Shown one piece after another: positions 1-8,230 of a DNA stretch of 64,000 nucleotides. Source of the DNA: Lachnospiraceae bacterium (GTDB lineage: Bacteria; Bacillota; Clostridia; Lachnospirales; Lachnospiraceae); NCBI GenBank assembly GCA_017400305.1, contig JAFPTK010000003.1, positions 2,724 to 66,723 of the forward strand, in the 5' to 3' direction. The translations under genes were made by a program, and so were the position numbers. How positions within the stretch are numbered: the first letter of the stretch is position 1; each line of letters begins with the position of its first letter. The notes beneath the pieces were generated by a model that had not been told where the DNA came from, did not search any database, and saw only the letters and a list, made by a program, of their open reading frames with translations.

Positions 1-2223
1 CCAGAGCATCTCCCGGGTATCGGGATCGGGCTTCTGGAATTCGACGATATACTTCATCCGTCGGAAGAAGGCCGGATCGATATTGTGCTTGTAGTTGGTG
101 GCCAGGACCGATACGCCGTCATAGCCCTCCACCTCCTGCAGGAGCAGCGCGGTCTTGTTGTTGTTGGAGGCCTGGTTGGAGCCGCCGTCGTCCGCGCGCT
201 TGGCAAAGAGCGTGTCGCACTCGTCAAAGAACAGGACGACGTTGCACTTCTTGGCCTCCCGGAAGATCATCGAGATCGACTTCTCCGTCTCACCGACGTA
301 TTTATCGATGACCTTGGACAGATCCACGCGGTAGAGCTCCAGATTGAGCTCATGGGCGATGACCTGCGCGCACATGGATTTTCCGGTACCGGGCGCGCCG
401 AAGAGCAGCACCGAGAGGCCGCGCCCGTAGGGGTATTTCTTGGTGTAGTGCCATCCCTCGTAGACGTCCTTGCGATAAGTCATCTGATCGATCGCCCGCT
501 CGATGGCCGTGCGCTGGTCCACGCTCATGACGATATCCTCAAAGCCGAAGTTGGCCTTGATCTTGGTCGCCTTTTGGGTGAGCTCCGAGCTCATCTGATC
601 GTAGCAGCCCTTGAAGAGCTTCTCTCGGGTGACGACCTCCTCCTTGTCCATGATCGCGAGCTTCTTGGCCTGCGCCAGGGCCGCCTTGATCTTGCCCGGG
701 GTGAAGAGGAACTTCGTGGCCATCTCCAGCAGATCCACCTCCTCCGTGAGATCGTAGCCCTGTGAGAAATGATGCCAGCAGATCTCACGGGAGCCGTTGT
801 CCGGCGTCAGGATCTCCAGATCCGTGAAGTCCTCTCTTGTGATGTCGCGCATCGCGAGCTGAAGCTTGCTGAGGGCGAAGACCGTCACCTTTTTCTGGGT
901 GAGCTTCCCGAAGGCGAGATCCATATAACCGTAGAATTTTTCCTTCTCATCCTCACGGAATTCCAGTTCCTCCAGCACGCAGCAGGCGTTGGTCAGCAGG
1001 CACTCCCTCGTCACGGCCCAGAGGGCTTTTTCTACAAACTGGAAATCGTAGACAAAGAGCTTCTTGCAGTTTAAGGAGATCGCCTGCTGCCCGCGCTCCC
1101 TGCAGAAGAGCTTGATGAAAAACTTCCGTCCGCTGCCCTCGTCGCCCCAGAGGGCAAAGATCCGCGAGCCCTCGCGGTAGGAGATCTTCATCGCTTCCAG
1201 CTGTCCTTCGTTCGCAAGGATCGGATCGAGCTCCGCGTTGTCCGTGAGCATCTTGATGAAGCGGCTGTAATTCTCGTCCAGTTTCTCCGGATGTCTGCCG
1301 AAGAGGAAATCGATGATCCGCTTGTCCGGGGACACCGCGGTGGAGAAGGGCATGCTCGGCGACACGTGCAGATCCAGGACCGGCAGGAGCTGCTCTAAAC
1401 ACGTGGACATATCGCCGTAGGCGCCGGTGATGGAATAGTCCTCTCCGAAGTAGAGCTTCGCGGCGGATTCGATGGTCGGCGACGAGAGGGATCCGTTCTC
1501 GTTGACGATCTGGAAGATCCCCGCGTAATCGGTCTGCGTGGAGGACAGGATGCCGCAGGCGAAGCAGAATAAGGTAAAGGGCTCAAACTCCATGCGCCTC
1601 GCAAGATCATGGAAGGGCATGCGGGTCCCGGCCTGCATCGCCGCCTCCGCGCGGGCCTCGATGGACAGGATCCTCTCGGGGAGACTCCCCGATCCGGCAC
1701 CCGTCCGGCCTTCCTCCGGAAGCGCCTCCTCACCGCCAAGGAAATCCGACATCGCATCCATGAGCTCGCTGTCCCGCTCGTCCTGCGTCTCCGGTTCCTC
1801 CTCCCCGTCGTCGTCCGGCACGGCGAACGCGCCGAAGAGGTCGAGGAGTTCGGATTCGTCAAAGGCGTCCTCCTCTTCTCCTTCGCTCTCTGCCCCGGCA
1901 GCCTGAGGCGTCCCGCCCCCCTGCTGTCTCACATGCTCGCGATAGCGCGCGATCTGCTCTCTGGCAGCGTCGCTCGCAATCCCCAGATCGGGGTAGAGCA
2001 CGTTCTTGTAACCGCCCTGCCCGTTGTCATACACGCTCTTCATGTGCTCTAAATACTGATCCAGAGAGCGGTTTACGCAGTCGAAGATCTCGCGCATGTA
2101 GTCGTCGTAGGTGGCAAAGGGCACGATATCCGGTTCCGGCGTCTTCGGTTCCGCAGCCGCGGACTCCGCAACCACGGGCTCCGGGATCGTCTGTTCTGTC
2201 TGGTCCTTTTTCTTTCTGGGCAT
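1..2223 (-). CDS. CIS AAA+ ATPase (Afp15/Pvc15-like), 3' end runs off the left edge of the window
   Basis: Not in the ORF track because it has no stop in the window. Segments translated by hand from ATG 2223 (RBS AAGGAG) are all in one frame: Walker A GAPGTGKS (~373-396), LELYRVDLSKVIDKYVGETEK, Walker B VLFFDECD, acidic N-terminal linker. Last visible gene of the CIS operon. Confidence 0.92.
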   Translation of the reverse strand, partial: MPRKKKDQTEQTIPEPVVAESAAAEPKTPEPDIVPFATYDDYMREIFDCVNRSLDQYLEHMKSVYDNGQGGYKNVLYPDLGIASDAAREQIARYREHVRQQGGGTPQAAGAESEGEEEDAFDESELLDLFGAFAVPDDDGEEEPETQDERDSELMDAMSDFLGGEEALPEEGRTGAGSGSLPERILSIEARAEAAMQAGTRMPFHDLARRMEFEPFTLFCFACGILSSTQTDYAGIFQIVNENGSLSSPTIESAAKLYFGEDYSITGAYGDMSTCLEQLLPVLDLHVSPSMPFSTAVSPDKRIIDFLFGRHPEKLDENYSRFIKMLTDNAELDPILANEGQLEAMKISYREGSRIFALWGDEGSGRKFFIKLFCRERGQQAISLNCKKLFVYDFQFVEKALWAVTRECLLTNACCVLEELEFREDEKEKFYGYMDLAFGKLTQKKVTVFALSKLQLAMRDITREDFTDLEILTPDNGSREICWHHFSQGYDLTEEVDLLEMATKFLFTPGKIKAALAQAKKLAIMDKEEVVTREKLFKGCYDQMSSELTQKATKIKANFGFEDIVMSVDQRTAIERAIDQMTYRKDVYEGWHYTKKYPYGRGLSVLLFGAPGTGKSMCAQVIAHELNLELYRVDLSKVIDKYVGETEKSISMIFREAKKCNVVLFFDECDTLFAKRADDGGSNQASNNNKTALLLQEVEGYDGVSVLATNYKHNIDPAFFRRMKYIVEFQKPDPDTREMLW

Positions 2224-2234
2224 CGTATCTCTCC

Positions 2235-3707
2235 TTACGGGCGAAGCGGCGGACTGGTCAGATGATCGTTGCGCCGTTGATAGTCATTCATGGAATTGCC
2301 GGAGATATCCTCGTAGAGGATCTTCGTCGTATTGCCGGAGACATCGTATCCGGTCAGATCACCGACCTGCGCATCGGGGTCCTTTACGATCTCGATGGAA
2401 TTGCCGGAGATATCGTTCTTGAACCGGAACCTGCCGCGGATATCCTCGGTGCTGTAGGCAGCCTGCACGTAGACACCCGTATTCTCCTTATTGTCATCCT
2501 GTTCGCCGTTTAAGAATCCGCGGAGCTTCTGGATCTTGGCTGCGATCTGATCGGTCATCCGCTGGATCATGGACCTGGAAGGTGCCTCTCCGGGTTCCGT
2601 CGTAACCGCCGGCTGTACGTTCTGCACGGTATTCCCCGGGGTCGCTTCCGCCGCGGTGTAGGCCTTTGCCACGGTTCTGGATTCCGTCTGCACGCCCTGT
2701 GCCGCACTCTCCTGCGATCCGGCCGAGGTCCTCGTCCCGGTGCTCCTGCCGGTCACGGCGGCCGCTGTGGTCCTCGTCCCGATGCTGCTTCCGGTCGCGG
2801 CGGCCACTGTGGTCCTCGTCCCGGTGCTGCCTCCGGCCGCGGCGGCGCTCTTCTGATCCTGCATGCTGCTCTGCGCCGCTCCCTGCGCCGCAGGAGCCTG
2901 GCTGCTGCCCGTGGCGGCGGATCCCGTCGTCACGCTGCTCCCGGTACCGGCCGTGGCGGCAGATCCCGCGGCGGCGCTGTCATCGGTGCTTCCCGTCCCG
3001 GATCCGTCGGCGTCGTCGGATACGGTATCCTGAGAAGCCGCCTCCGCAGAGTTTCCGGACACATCATTGGCTGAGACGTCCTCGATCCGCTGTCCGTTCT
3101 CATCAAAGCCCTCCGGCATCTCGGTGCCCTCTTCCACCAGCTCCGGCACCTCGATCTTCAGATAGTCCACGGGGACCTCCTCCGGCGGGATCTCCTCAAA
3201 GGCCAGATATCCGTTGAAGGCGTAGCCGATCTTCACACCGTCCTTCGTCTCCGCCGCGATATAGGACCAGTTCTTCCCGCGATAGACCACATACCCCGGC
3301 GTCCCCGGCGGCATCTTGTACAGGATCGTCGCTAAGAGGTTCGGGGCCTCTCTGAGCCGCAGGATGGTGATCCTGTTGGTCGTCTGCAGCAGGTAGAAAT
3401 GCCGGTCCGTGACATCGACCCCCTCGATGATCACCCGTTCCGGTTCCGCCGTCTCCGTCTCTGTCACCGCCTCTGCTGCGGTCTCCGCGGTCTCCTGATC
3501 CGCAAGTTCTCCGAGATCGCTGTAGATCAGGTCGCCCTCTGCTGCCACACCCGTCACCAGATCGATCTGATAATCCGTCTCCTGTTCGATGGGATCGGGT
3601 CTGCTCTCCCGGGAAGAGAGGCGCGTATTCAATTCCATTCCCGCCAACAGCCCTGCCGCCAGATAAAAGGCAGCAACGGCGGGTAGTATGATCTGATACT
3701 TCTTCAT
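2235..3707 (-). CDS. Exported or membrane-anchored SH3b-domain protein with a low-complexity Ala/Gly/Ser/Thr linker
   Basis: Hydrophobic N-terminus; SH3b-like LRLREAPN...WSYI...IGYAFNGYL; repeat-rich stalk; four D(V/I)SGN motifs. Confidence 0.75.
   Translation of the reverse strand: MKKYQIILPAVAAFYLAAGLLAGMELNTRLSSRESRPDPIEQETDYQIDLVTGVAAEGDLIYSDLGELADQETAETAAEAVTETETAEPERVIIEGVDVTDRHFYLLQTTNRITILRLREAPNLLATILYKMPPGTPGYVVYRGKNWSYIAAETKDGVKIGYAFNGYLAFEEIPPEEVPVDYLKIEVPELVEEGTEMPEGFDENGQRIEDVSANDVSGNSAEAASQDTVSDDADGSGTGSTDDSAAAGSAATAGTGSSVTTGSAATGSSQAPAAQGAAQSSMQDQKSAAAAGGSTGTRTTVAAATGSSIGTRTTAAAVTGRSTGTRTSAGSQESAAQGVQTESRTVAKAYTAAEATPGNTVQNVQPAVTTEPGEAPSRSMIQRMTDQIAAKIQKLRGFLNGEQDDNKENTGVYVQAAYSTEDIRGRFRFKNDISGNSIEIVKDPDAQVGDLTGYDVSGNTTKILYEDISGNSMNDYQRRNDHLTSPPLRP
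2727..2848. repeat. 42-bp coding tandem repeat, about 3 imperfect copies (14-aa STGTRTTxAAxTG unit)
   Basis: GGTCCTCGTCCC recurs at 2727, 2769 and 2811. Confidence 0.85.
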
Positions 3708-3729
3708 GCTGATCCCTCTTCGGTACGCC

Positions 3730-4614
3730 TTAAGTCGTCGGCATCTGGATGTAGATGCCCATTCCGTTCCCCGGCATGGACTTGGCGTAGATCGTACCGC
3801 CGTAGTACTCCACGATCGCTCTCGCCTGTGCCAGTCCCAGTCCGTTGCCGCTGATCCGGTTGCTGCCCTGATAGTTCAGTTCGAAGATGTGGCTGGTCTC
3901 ATCCGGCGGCAGTCCCTCTCCGTTGTCCTTGCAGACGACGAACAGATCGTCCTCGATATGGGAGATCGTGACCACCAGGGAGCCGTGCCGTTTCATATAC
4001 TTGATCGAGTTGTCGTAGATGTTTAGGAACAGCGTGCGCAGCATCGCCGGATCGGCCTTGACGAGGAAGGCGTCCTCGCTCGAGGAGACCCGGATCACGA
4101 CCCCCGCCTCCGTGGCGGCTTCCTTGAGCTGCTTTGCCACCTCATTCGCGATCCCGATGATATTGACCGTCCGCTTCTTCTCCCTCTCGTCGGGATGGAT
4201 CGGCAGGATCGCCGTCTTCTCCGAGAAGGTCTTGCTCTGTTCCTCCTGCTCGGCGACGATCCGTTTTAAGGAGGCGATCTCTCCCTCCAGCATGTTGTTC
4301 TCCTGCAGGGTGATGAGCTTCTCCTTCTCCACGGCTTCCAGTGCCCGCTTCGTGGTCGAGAGCTCCTCATTCACCGCATCCACCGCCTGCTTCTTGTCCG
4401 TCTCCGCGAACTTCAAGTCCTCCTCCAGACGCTCGATCTCGGCGAGGGGCTCCTCCTGGGCCTTCAGGCACACGAAGCACCCGGCGATCGCCAGGATACT
4501 GTGCAGGATGAAGAAGAACAGCCAGGCCGCCAGATCCAGCCGGATGAAGAATAACAGCGTCAGCGCATAGCAGACTGCCGCGGATAACAGCAATCCGATC
4601 TGTAGTTTTCTCAT
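3730..4614 (-). CDS. Membrane protein with coiled coil and histidine-kinase-type HATPase_c domain, no recognisable H-box
   Basis: 2 N-terminal TM helices; N-box NIYDNSIKY, G1 DNGEG, G2 GNGLGLA; no HExRTPL-like motif. Confidence 0.8.
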   Translation of the reverse strand: MRKLQIGLLLSAAVCYALTLLFFIRLDLAAWLFFFILHSILAIAGCFVCLKAQEEPLAEIERLEEDLKFAETDKKQAVDAVNEELSTTKRALEAVEKEKLITLQENNMLEGEIASLKRIVAEQEEQSKTFSEKTAILPIHPDEREKKRTVNIIGIANEVAKQLKEAATEAGVVIRVSSSEDAFLVKADPAMLRTLFLNIYDNSIKYMKRHGSLVVTISHIEDDLFVVCKDNGEGLPPDETSHIFELNYQGSNRISGNGLGLAQARAIVEYYGGTIYAKSMPGNGMGIYIQMPTT

Positions 4615-4633
4615 GTTCCGTATCTCCCCGTGC

Positions 4634-4933
4634 TCAGATGAAGGTCAGGATCCCGGAAAATCCTGTCATGGACAGCACCTGCATGATCGGGGCCTGCACA
4701 TTCATCATCTTCATCGTCCCGTTCTTGCTCATGGCGGTCTTCTGCCCCAGCATCAGCGCGCGAAGCCCCGCGCTGGACAGATAGTTCACACCGCCGAAGT
4801 CCAGTATGACATGTTTGGCCTGCTGGAAGCAGGACAGGATCTTCGCCTGCAGCTCCGGCGCCGTATTGATGTCTACCGAGCCCTCCACTGCCAGTTGGAT
4901 CGTATCACCGTTTACTGTTTCCTGGATCGTCAT
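4634..4933 (-). CDS. STAS-domain anti-sigma factor antagonist (SpoIIAA/RsbV-like), 99 aa
   Basis: ATG 4933 with AAGGAGG RBS (track start 5059 is too long); motif DFGGVNYLSSAGLRAL with the phosphorylatable Ser. Confidence 0.92.
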   Translation of the reverse strand: MTIQETVNGDTIQLAVEGSVDINTAPELQAKILSCFQQAKHVILDFGGVNYLSSAGLRALMLGQKTAMSKNGTMKMMNVQAPIMQVLSMTGFSGILTFI

Positions 4934-4964
4934 GTTGTCCTCCTTTTTATGAATCGATATCCGA

Positions 4965-5228
4965 TCATCCCAATACCACACCGCCGTCGTATGACTGTCT
5001 CGCATCCAGTTCCCCCGGAGTCGGCTCCGCCACCTGAGCGTTGATATCCAGATAGACATTGCCGTCCAGCGTATCGCCCTCCGACAGCTGCAGCAGATGG
5101 ATCCGGCTGCGTGCCGGGCGGAACTGATCGATGAGGTGCATGAGCTGCGAGCGGTCCGTCTCCGTGAGGGGCTTCCGCACCAGGATATTCACGTCATAGA
5201 TGCTCTCCCCGATCAGTTTCATCCCCAT
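4965..5228 (-). CDS. C-terminal part of baseplate wedge/phage tail protein I-like gene (frameshift-separated from 5219-6067)
   Basis: Continues the upstream ORF in the -1 frame; LIDQFRPARS resembles the xxPAH end of tail protein I/P2_I-type domains. Confidence 0.6.
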   Translation of the reverse strand: MGMKLIGESIYDVNILVRKPLTETDRSQLMHLIDQFRPARSRIHLLQLSEGDTLDGNVYLDINAQVAEPTPGELDARQSYDGGVVLG

Positions 5229-6067
5229 GGTCTCCCCCGCTCCTCATAGGACCGGATGGTGTTCTGCTCGATGATGAGCGGCTTCTCGTTCAATACGATG
5301 GACAAAAGCCGCTCGATGCAGGCGCGGGTTCCCTTGATGCGGTTTAACTGATAGGCCTCCCGGACCAGCATCCGCTCCGTCTCCTCCGCGAGGTATCCGC
5401 CGCTTAAGTCGATCCCCATCCAGGAGGCGTAGACCGGCAGGAGCGATGCCGGGCAGGTGTCGATGTCGAGCAGCTCCGGCAGCACATCGATCTGCTCCTC
5501 CATGTCATTGTAGATGGAATTGTAGATCGCGAGAAACCGGTGAAAGAAATCGCCGCTCCTCCGATAGACATCGGGGAACGCGTCCTCCCAGGTATCGGCC
5601 TTGCGATACAGCTTCAGCCGGGACAGCATCCCCTCCCCCGTTCCGGTCACGTCGATGGAGAGATACAGGATCCGTCCCTTCAGTCCGTGCAGCAGCAGGT
5701 CGGAGCGCCCGACAAAGCGCTTTCCGTGATACCGCTCACAGAGCTCCTTCTTCCGCTCGTCCGGCACGGTCTCATCCACGAGGAATTCGTCGATGGATAC
5801 GGGCGTCGGGTCATCCGCCGGGACGAACACCGGTTCATTGACGGCGAAGGCGTAGACGTAGAGCACCATCTCCTCCGGAATAGCGGACTGAAAGCAGAAC
5901 CGTCCCCAGTCCGCATCGTCCTCCGCGCTGTCGATCCCGCGGAGATAGATCCGGTGGATCCCCGTGTCCGCGGCGAGACGGATCCGCTCGTTATCATCCA
6001 GCTCCCCGCCGATGATCAATGCCTGCCGCAGTCGGTTTTTCTTGATGGTATAGGTGATACCGGGCAT
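5219..6067 (-). CDS. Baseplate wedge/phage tail protein I-like (P2 gpI-type), N-terminal part
   Basis: FPDVYRR...FFHRFLAIY...LDIDTCPASLLPVYASWMG...RIKGTRACIERLL; follows the baseplate J genes. Confidence 0.8.
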   Translation of the reverse strand: MPGITYTIKKNRLRQALIIGGELDDNERIRLAADTGIHRIYLRGIDSAEDDADWGRFCFQSAIPEEMVLYVYAFAVNEPVFVPADDPTPVSIDEFLVDETVPDERKKELCERYHGKRFVGRSDLLLHGLKGRILYLSIDVTGTGEGMLSRLKLYRKADTWEDAFPDVYRRSGDFFHRFLAIYNSIYNDMEEQIDVLPELLDIDTCPASLLPVYASWMGIDLSGGYLAEETERMLVREAYQLNRIKGTRACIERLLSIVLNEKPLIIEQNTIRSYEERGRPWG

Positions 6068-6076
6068 GTCTTCTCC

Positions 6077-8218
6077 TTATCTCTGCTCGTATGCGATCTC
6101 TTCGATCACGATCTCCCCCGGGTAGAGGAGGCAGTTTTTGTCCGGGAGGATATCCGCGTCCTGCATCCTCACAAAGGTCGCCGTCTGCGGCCTGAGGGAC
6201 AGTTCGTAGACGAATTCCACACAGGGGAGCATCTCCACGGCATGGAAGATATCGTCGAATTTAAGCAGCTCCCCGAAGCCCTTATCCGACCGGAGATAAT
6301 CCGTCTTTTCCCGGATCAGGGCTTCGATCTGGGCGCGGGCGTTCTCGTAGTGCGGCTTCACGTAGATCCTGGCGGTCACGTTGACGGAGGCATACATCGG
6401 CTGTAAGATCTCCACCCGCGTCGACAGAAGCCTGCGCCTCTCCAACTCCTTAAGGATCGTCTTCTCATAGATGGGCGACAGCTTCGGAAACCGCTCGTCC
6501 GTGGCGGGCTTTACCGCAATCTGTATGAGATTGCGCTCCGCGTCCATGGAGGCGCCGACCTTGTGGATGCAGAGTCCGGGCGTTCGCTGCACGATCCGCT
6601 GGTAATCCGCTTCCGTCACCGCCGTGTACGGGGTCTCGATATCCTTAAGGAACCGCTGCCGCACGGATTCCAGGCGCTCGCGGTAGGCTCCTCCCATGCC
6701 GGCTCCCGGCGCGTAGTACCGGATGCCGCTCCGGTCATGATCCGAGACGAGGGTATTGCCGGCGCGGATGTTGCCCTCCGAGCCGCGCATCGTACTGCAG
6801 GCCGCCAGGAACAGCTGGGCACCGATGAAGGCACCGGCGTCCTCGATGACGATGGTCCCGTCATTTTCCAGCAGATGATAGGTCAGGGCTTCGTCCTCAT
6901 ACCGGTCCGGACGGACGAAGTCATAGATCGCTTCCCCGTTCGCCGCCGTCCGCTTCGCCAGGATGCAGAAGCTCTCATTCACCAGATGCTTATAGGGCAG
7001 CTCGATCACCTGATCGTCATAGCCCAGGACCTTCCCCAGGGCGTATCGTCTGGCCACATCCTCCGTGTAGACGAGGACCTCCACACAGCCGCGGCCGGAG
7101 AGCGGCGCGAACCCGTAGCGCGACCGGTCGAAGCGGATGCTGTGCCGGCCGTTTCCCAGATCCTTCCGCTCGTAATACCTGCCCTGCTTCTCGCCCCCCT
7201 CGGTGATCTCGTAGCGGCGGTAGCTTCCGCCCTTCTCCTCCCGCACAAAGACATCGATGTAGGCCTCGCGGGAGATCTCGCTCTCCAGCTCCACCTCCTG
7301 CGCCTTGTGAAAGGTGTGCACCTCGGAGAGGGTGTCCTTCTGCCAGACCTCGAAGAGGAAGCCCCAGATCGCCGTCACGCGCGGCCGCACATCGTAATCG
7401 GCGCGGGTGAGCACTGCGCGGATACAGTATCCCTCCGGGATCCCGGCCGCGTCCTTATCCTGCCACAGGGCGGCACTCTCCTCCGGGAGTCTGAGCCGCA
7501 CCTCCCCGCTGGTGAGGAAGGCATTGGTGCAGTCCCGCACCTTGAGCGGCACGAATCCCTGATCGGTGTACAGCTCCCAGCTGATGGCCGCAAAGGTATT
7601 TTCTACATGCTCCGGCAGCGGGTTTCTCCCGCCCCGCTCCCGCAGACTGAAATAAAAGATCACCTCCCGGCGAGACTCCGGCAGCCGGTTCAGGATCAGA
7701 TACAGCGCGTCCTGCGCCTGCGGCTGCTCCCCGAAGATCTCCACGGGCACCGCGGTCTCGTGGTCTAAGAGCGGCGCGCAGTCGCGGATGATCACCTTCT
7801 TTTCATGGGTCTTGCGGTCCTCGGTCTCCCGTCTGCTGTACGCCGCCGTCACCCGGCTGTCATCCACCGCGATCCGGCGGTTGGTCTCAAAGGTCAGGGG
7901 ACCCAGCCGGAACTTGTGATTCTGCGGCAGCATCACGGGGGCCTTCACGCCCTCGGCGCACAGGAGGAGTCTGGCAGGTCTTCCCTTGCGGATCTCGAAT
8001 CCCACTAACTTCATCAGATTCTGACGTACCCGGAAGGGGATCTGCAGAAGTCTCTCCTGCTGCAGCGTCTCGAAGCCGATCATGTTCTCCAGGATGGTGA
8101 TGCCCGGATCCGCCGCGTTGAAATTGGTCCAGTCCTTCGTGTAGAGCGGGATCTGTGTCAGGGCTTCCTGATAGCGCTCCTCATAGGATTTACTTTCGGT
8201 TTCCGTGTATTCCAGCAT
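6077..8218 (-). CDS. CIS baseplate J-like wedge protein (Afp11/12-type)
   Basis: WTNFNAADPGITILE N-terminus; GxEGNI...AVTEADY baseplate J core. Confidence 0.9.
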   Translation of the reverse strand: MLEYTETESKSYEERYQEALTQIPLYTKDWTNFNAADPGITILENMIGFETLQQERLLQIPFRVRQNLMKLVGFEIRKGRPARLLLCAEGVKAPVMLPQNHKFRLGPLTFETNRRIAVDDSRVTAAYSRRETEDRKTHEKKVIIRDCAPLLDHETAVPVEIFGEQPQAQDALYLILNRLPESRREVIFYFSLRERGGRNPLPEHVENTFAAISWELYTDQGFVPLKVRDCTNAFLTSGEVRLRLPEESAALWQDKDAAGIPEGYCIRAVLTRADYDVRPRVTAIWGFLFEVWQKDTLSEVHTFHKAQEVELESEISREAYIDVFVREEKGGSYRRYEITEGGEKQGRYYERKDLGNGRHSIRFDRSRYGFAPLSGRGCVEVLVYTEDVARRYALGKVLGYDDQVIELPYKHLVNESFCILAKRTAANGEAIYDFVRPDRYEDEALTYHLLENDGTIVIEDAGAFIGAQLFLAACSTMRGSEGNIRAGNTLVSDHDRSGIRYYAPGAGMGGAYRERLESVRQRFLKDIETPYTAVTEADYQRIVQRTPGLCIHKVGASMDAERNLIQIAVKPATDERFPKLSPIYEKTILKELERRRLLSTRVEILQPMYASVNVTARIYVKPHYENARAQIEALIREKTDYLRSDKGFGELLKFDDIFHAVEMLPCVEFVYELSLRPQTATFVRMQDADILPDKNCLLYPGEIVIEEIAYEQR

Positions 8219-8230
8219 TTCGTCACTCCG

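Noticed and set aside
953-1862. Apparent fragmentation of the ATPase region into short minus-strand ORFs
   Set aside because: The listed ORFs are off-frame; the ATG at 2223 and the Walker motifs near the edge are in one frame that runs off the window
2727-2848. Possible CRISPR-like array
   Set aside because: Contiguous in-frame 42-bp coding repeat with no unique spacers and no cas genes; no CRISPR array seen in the window
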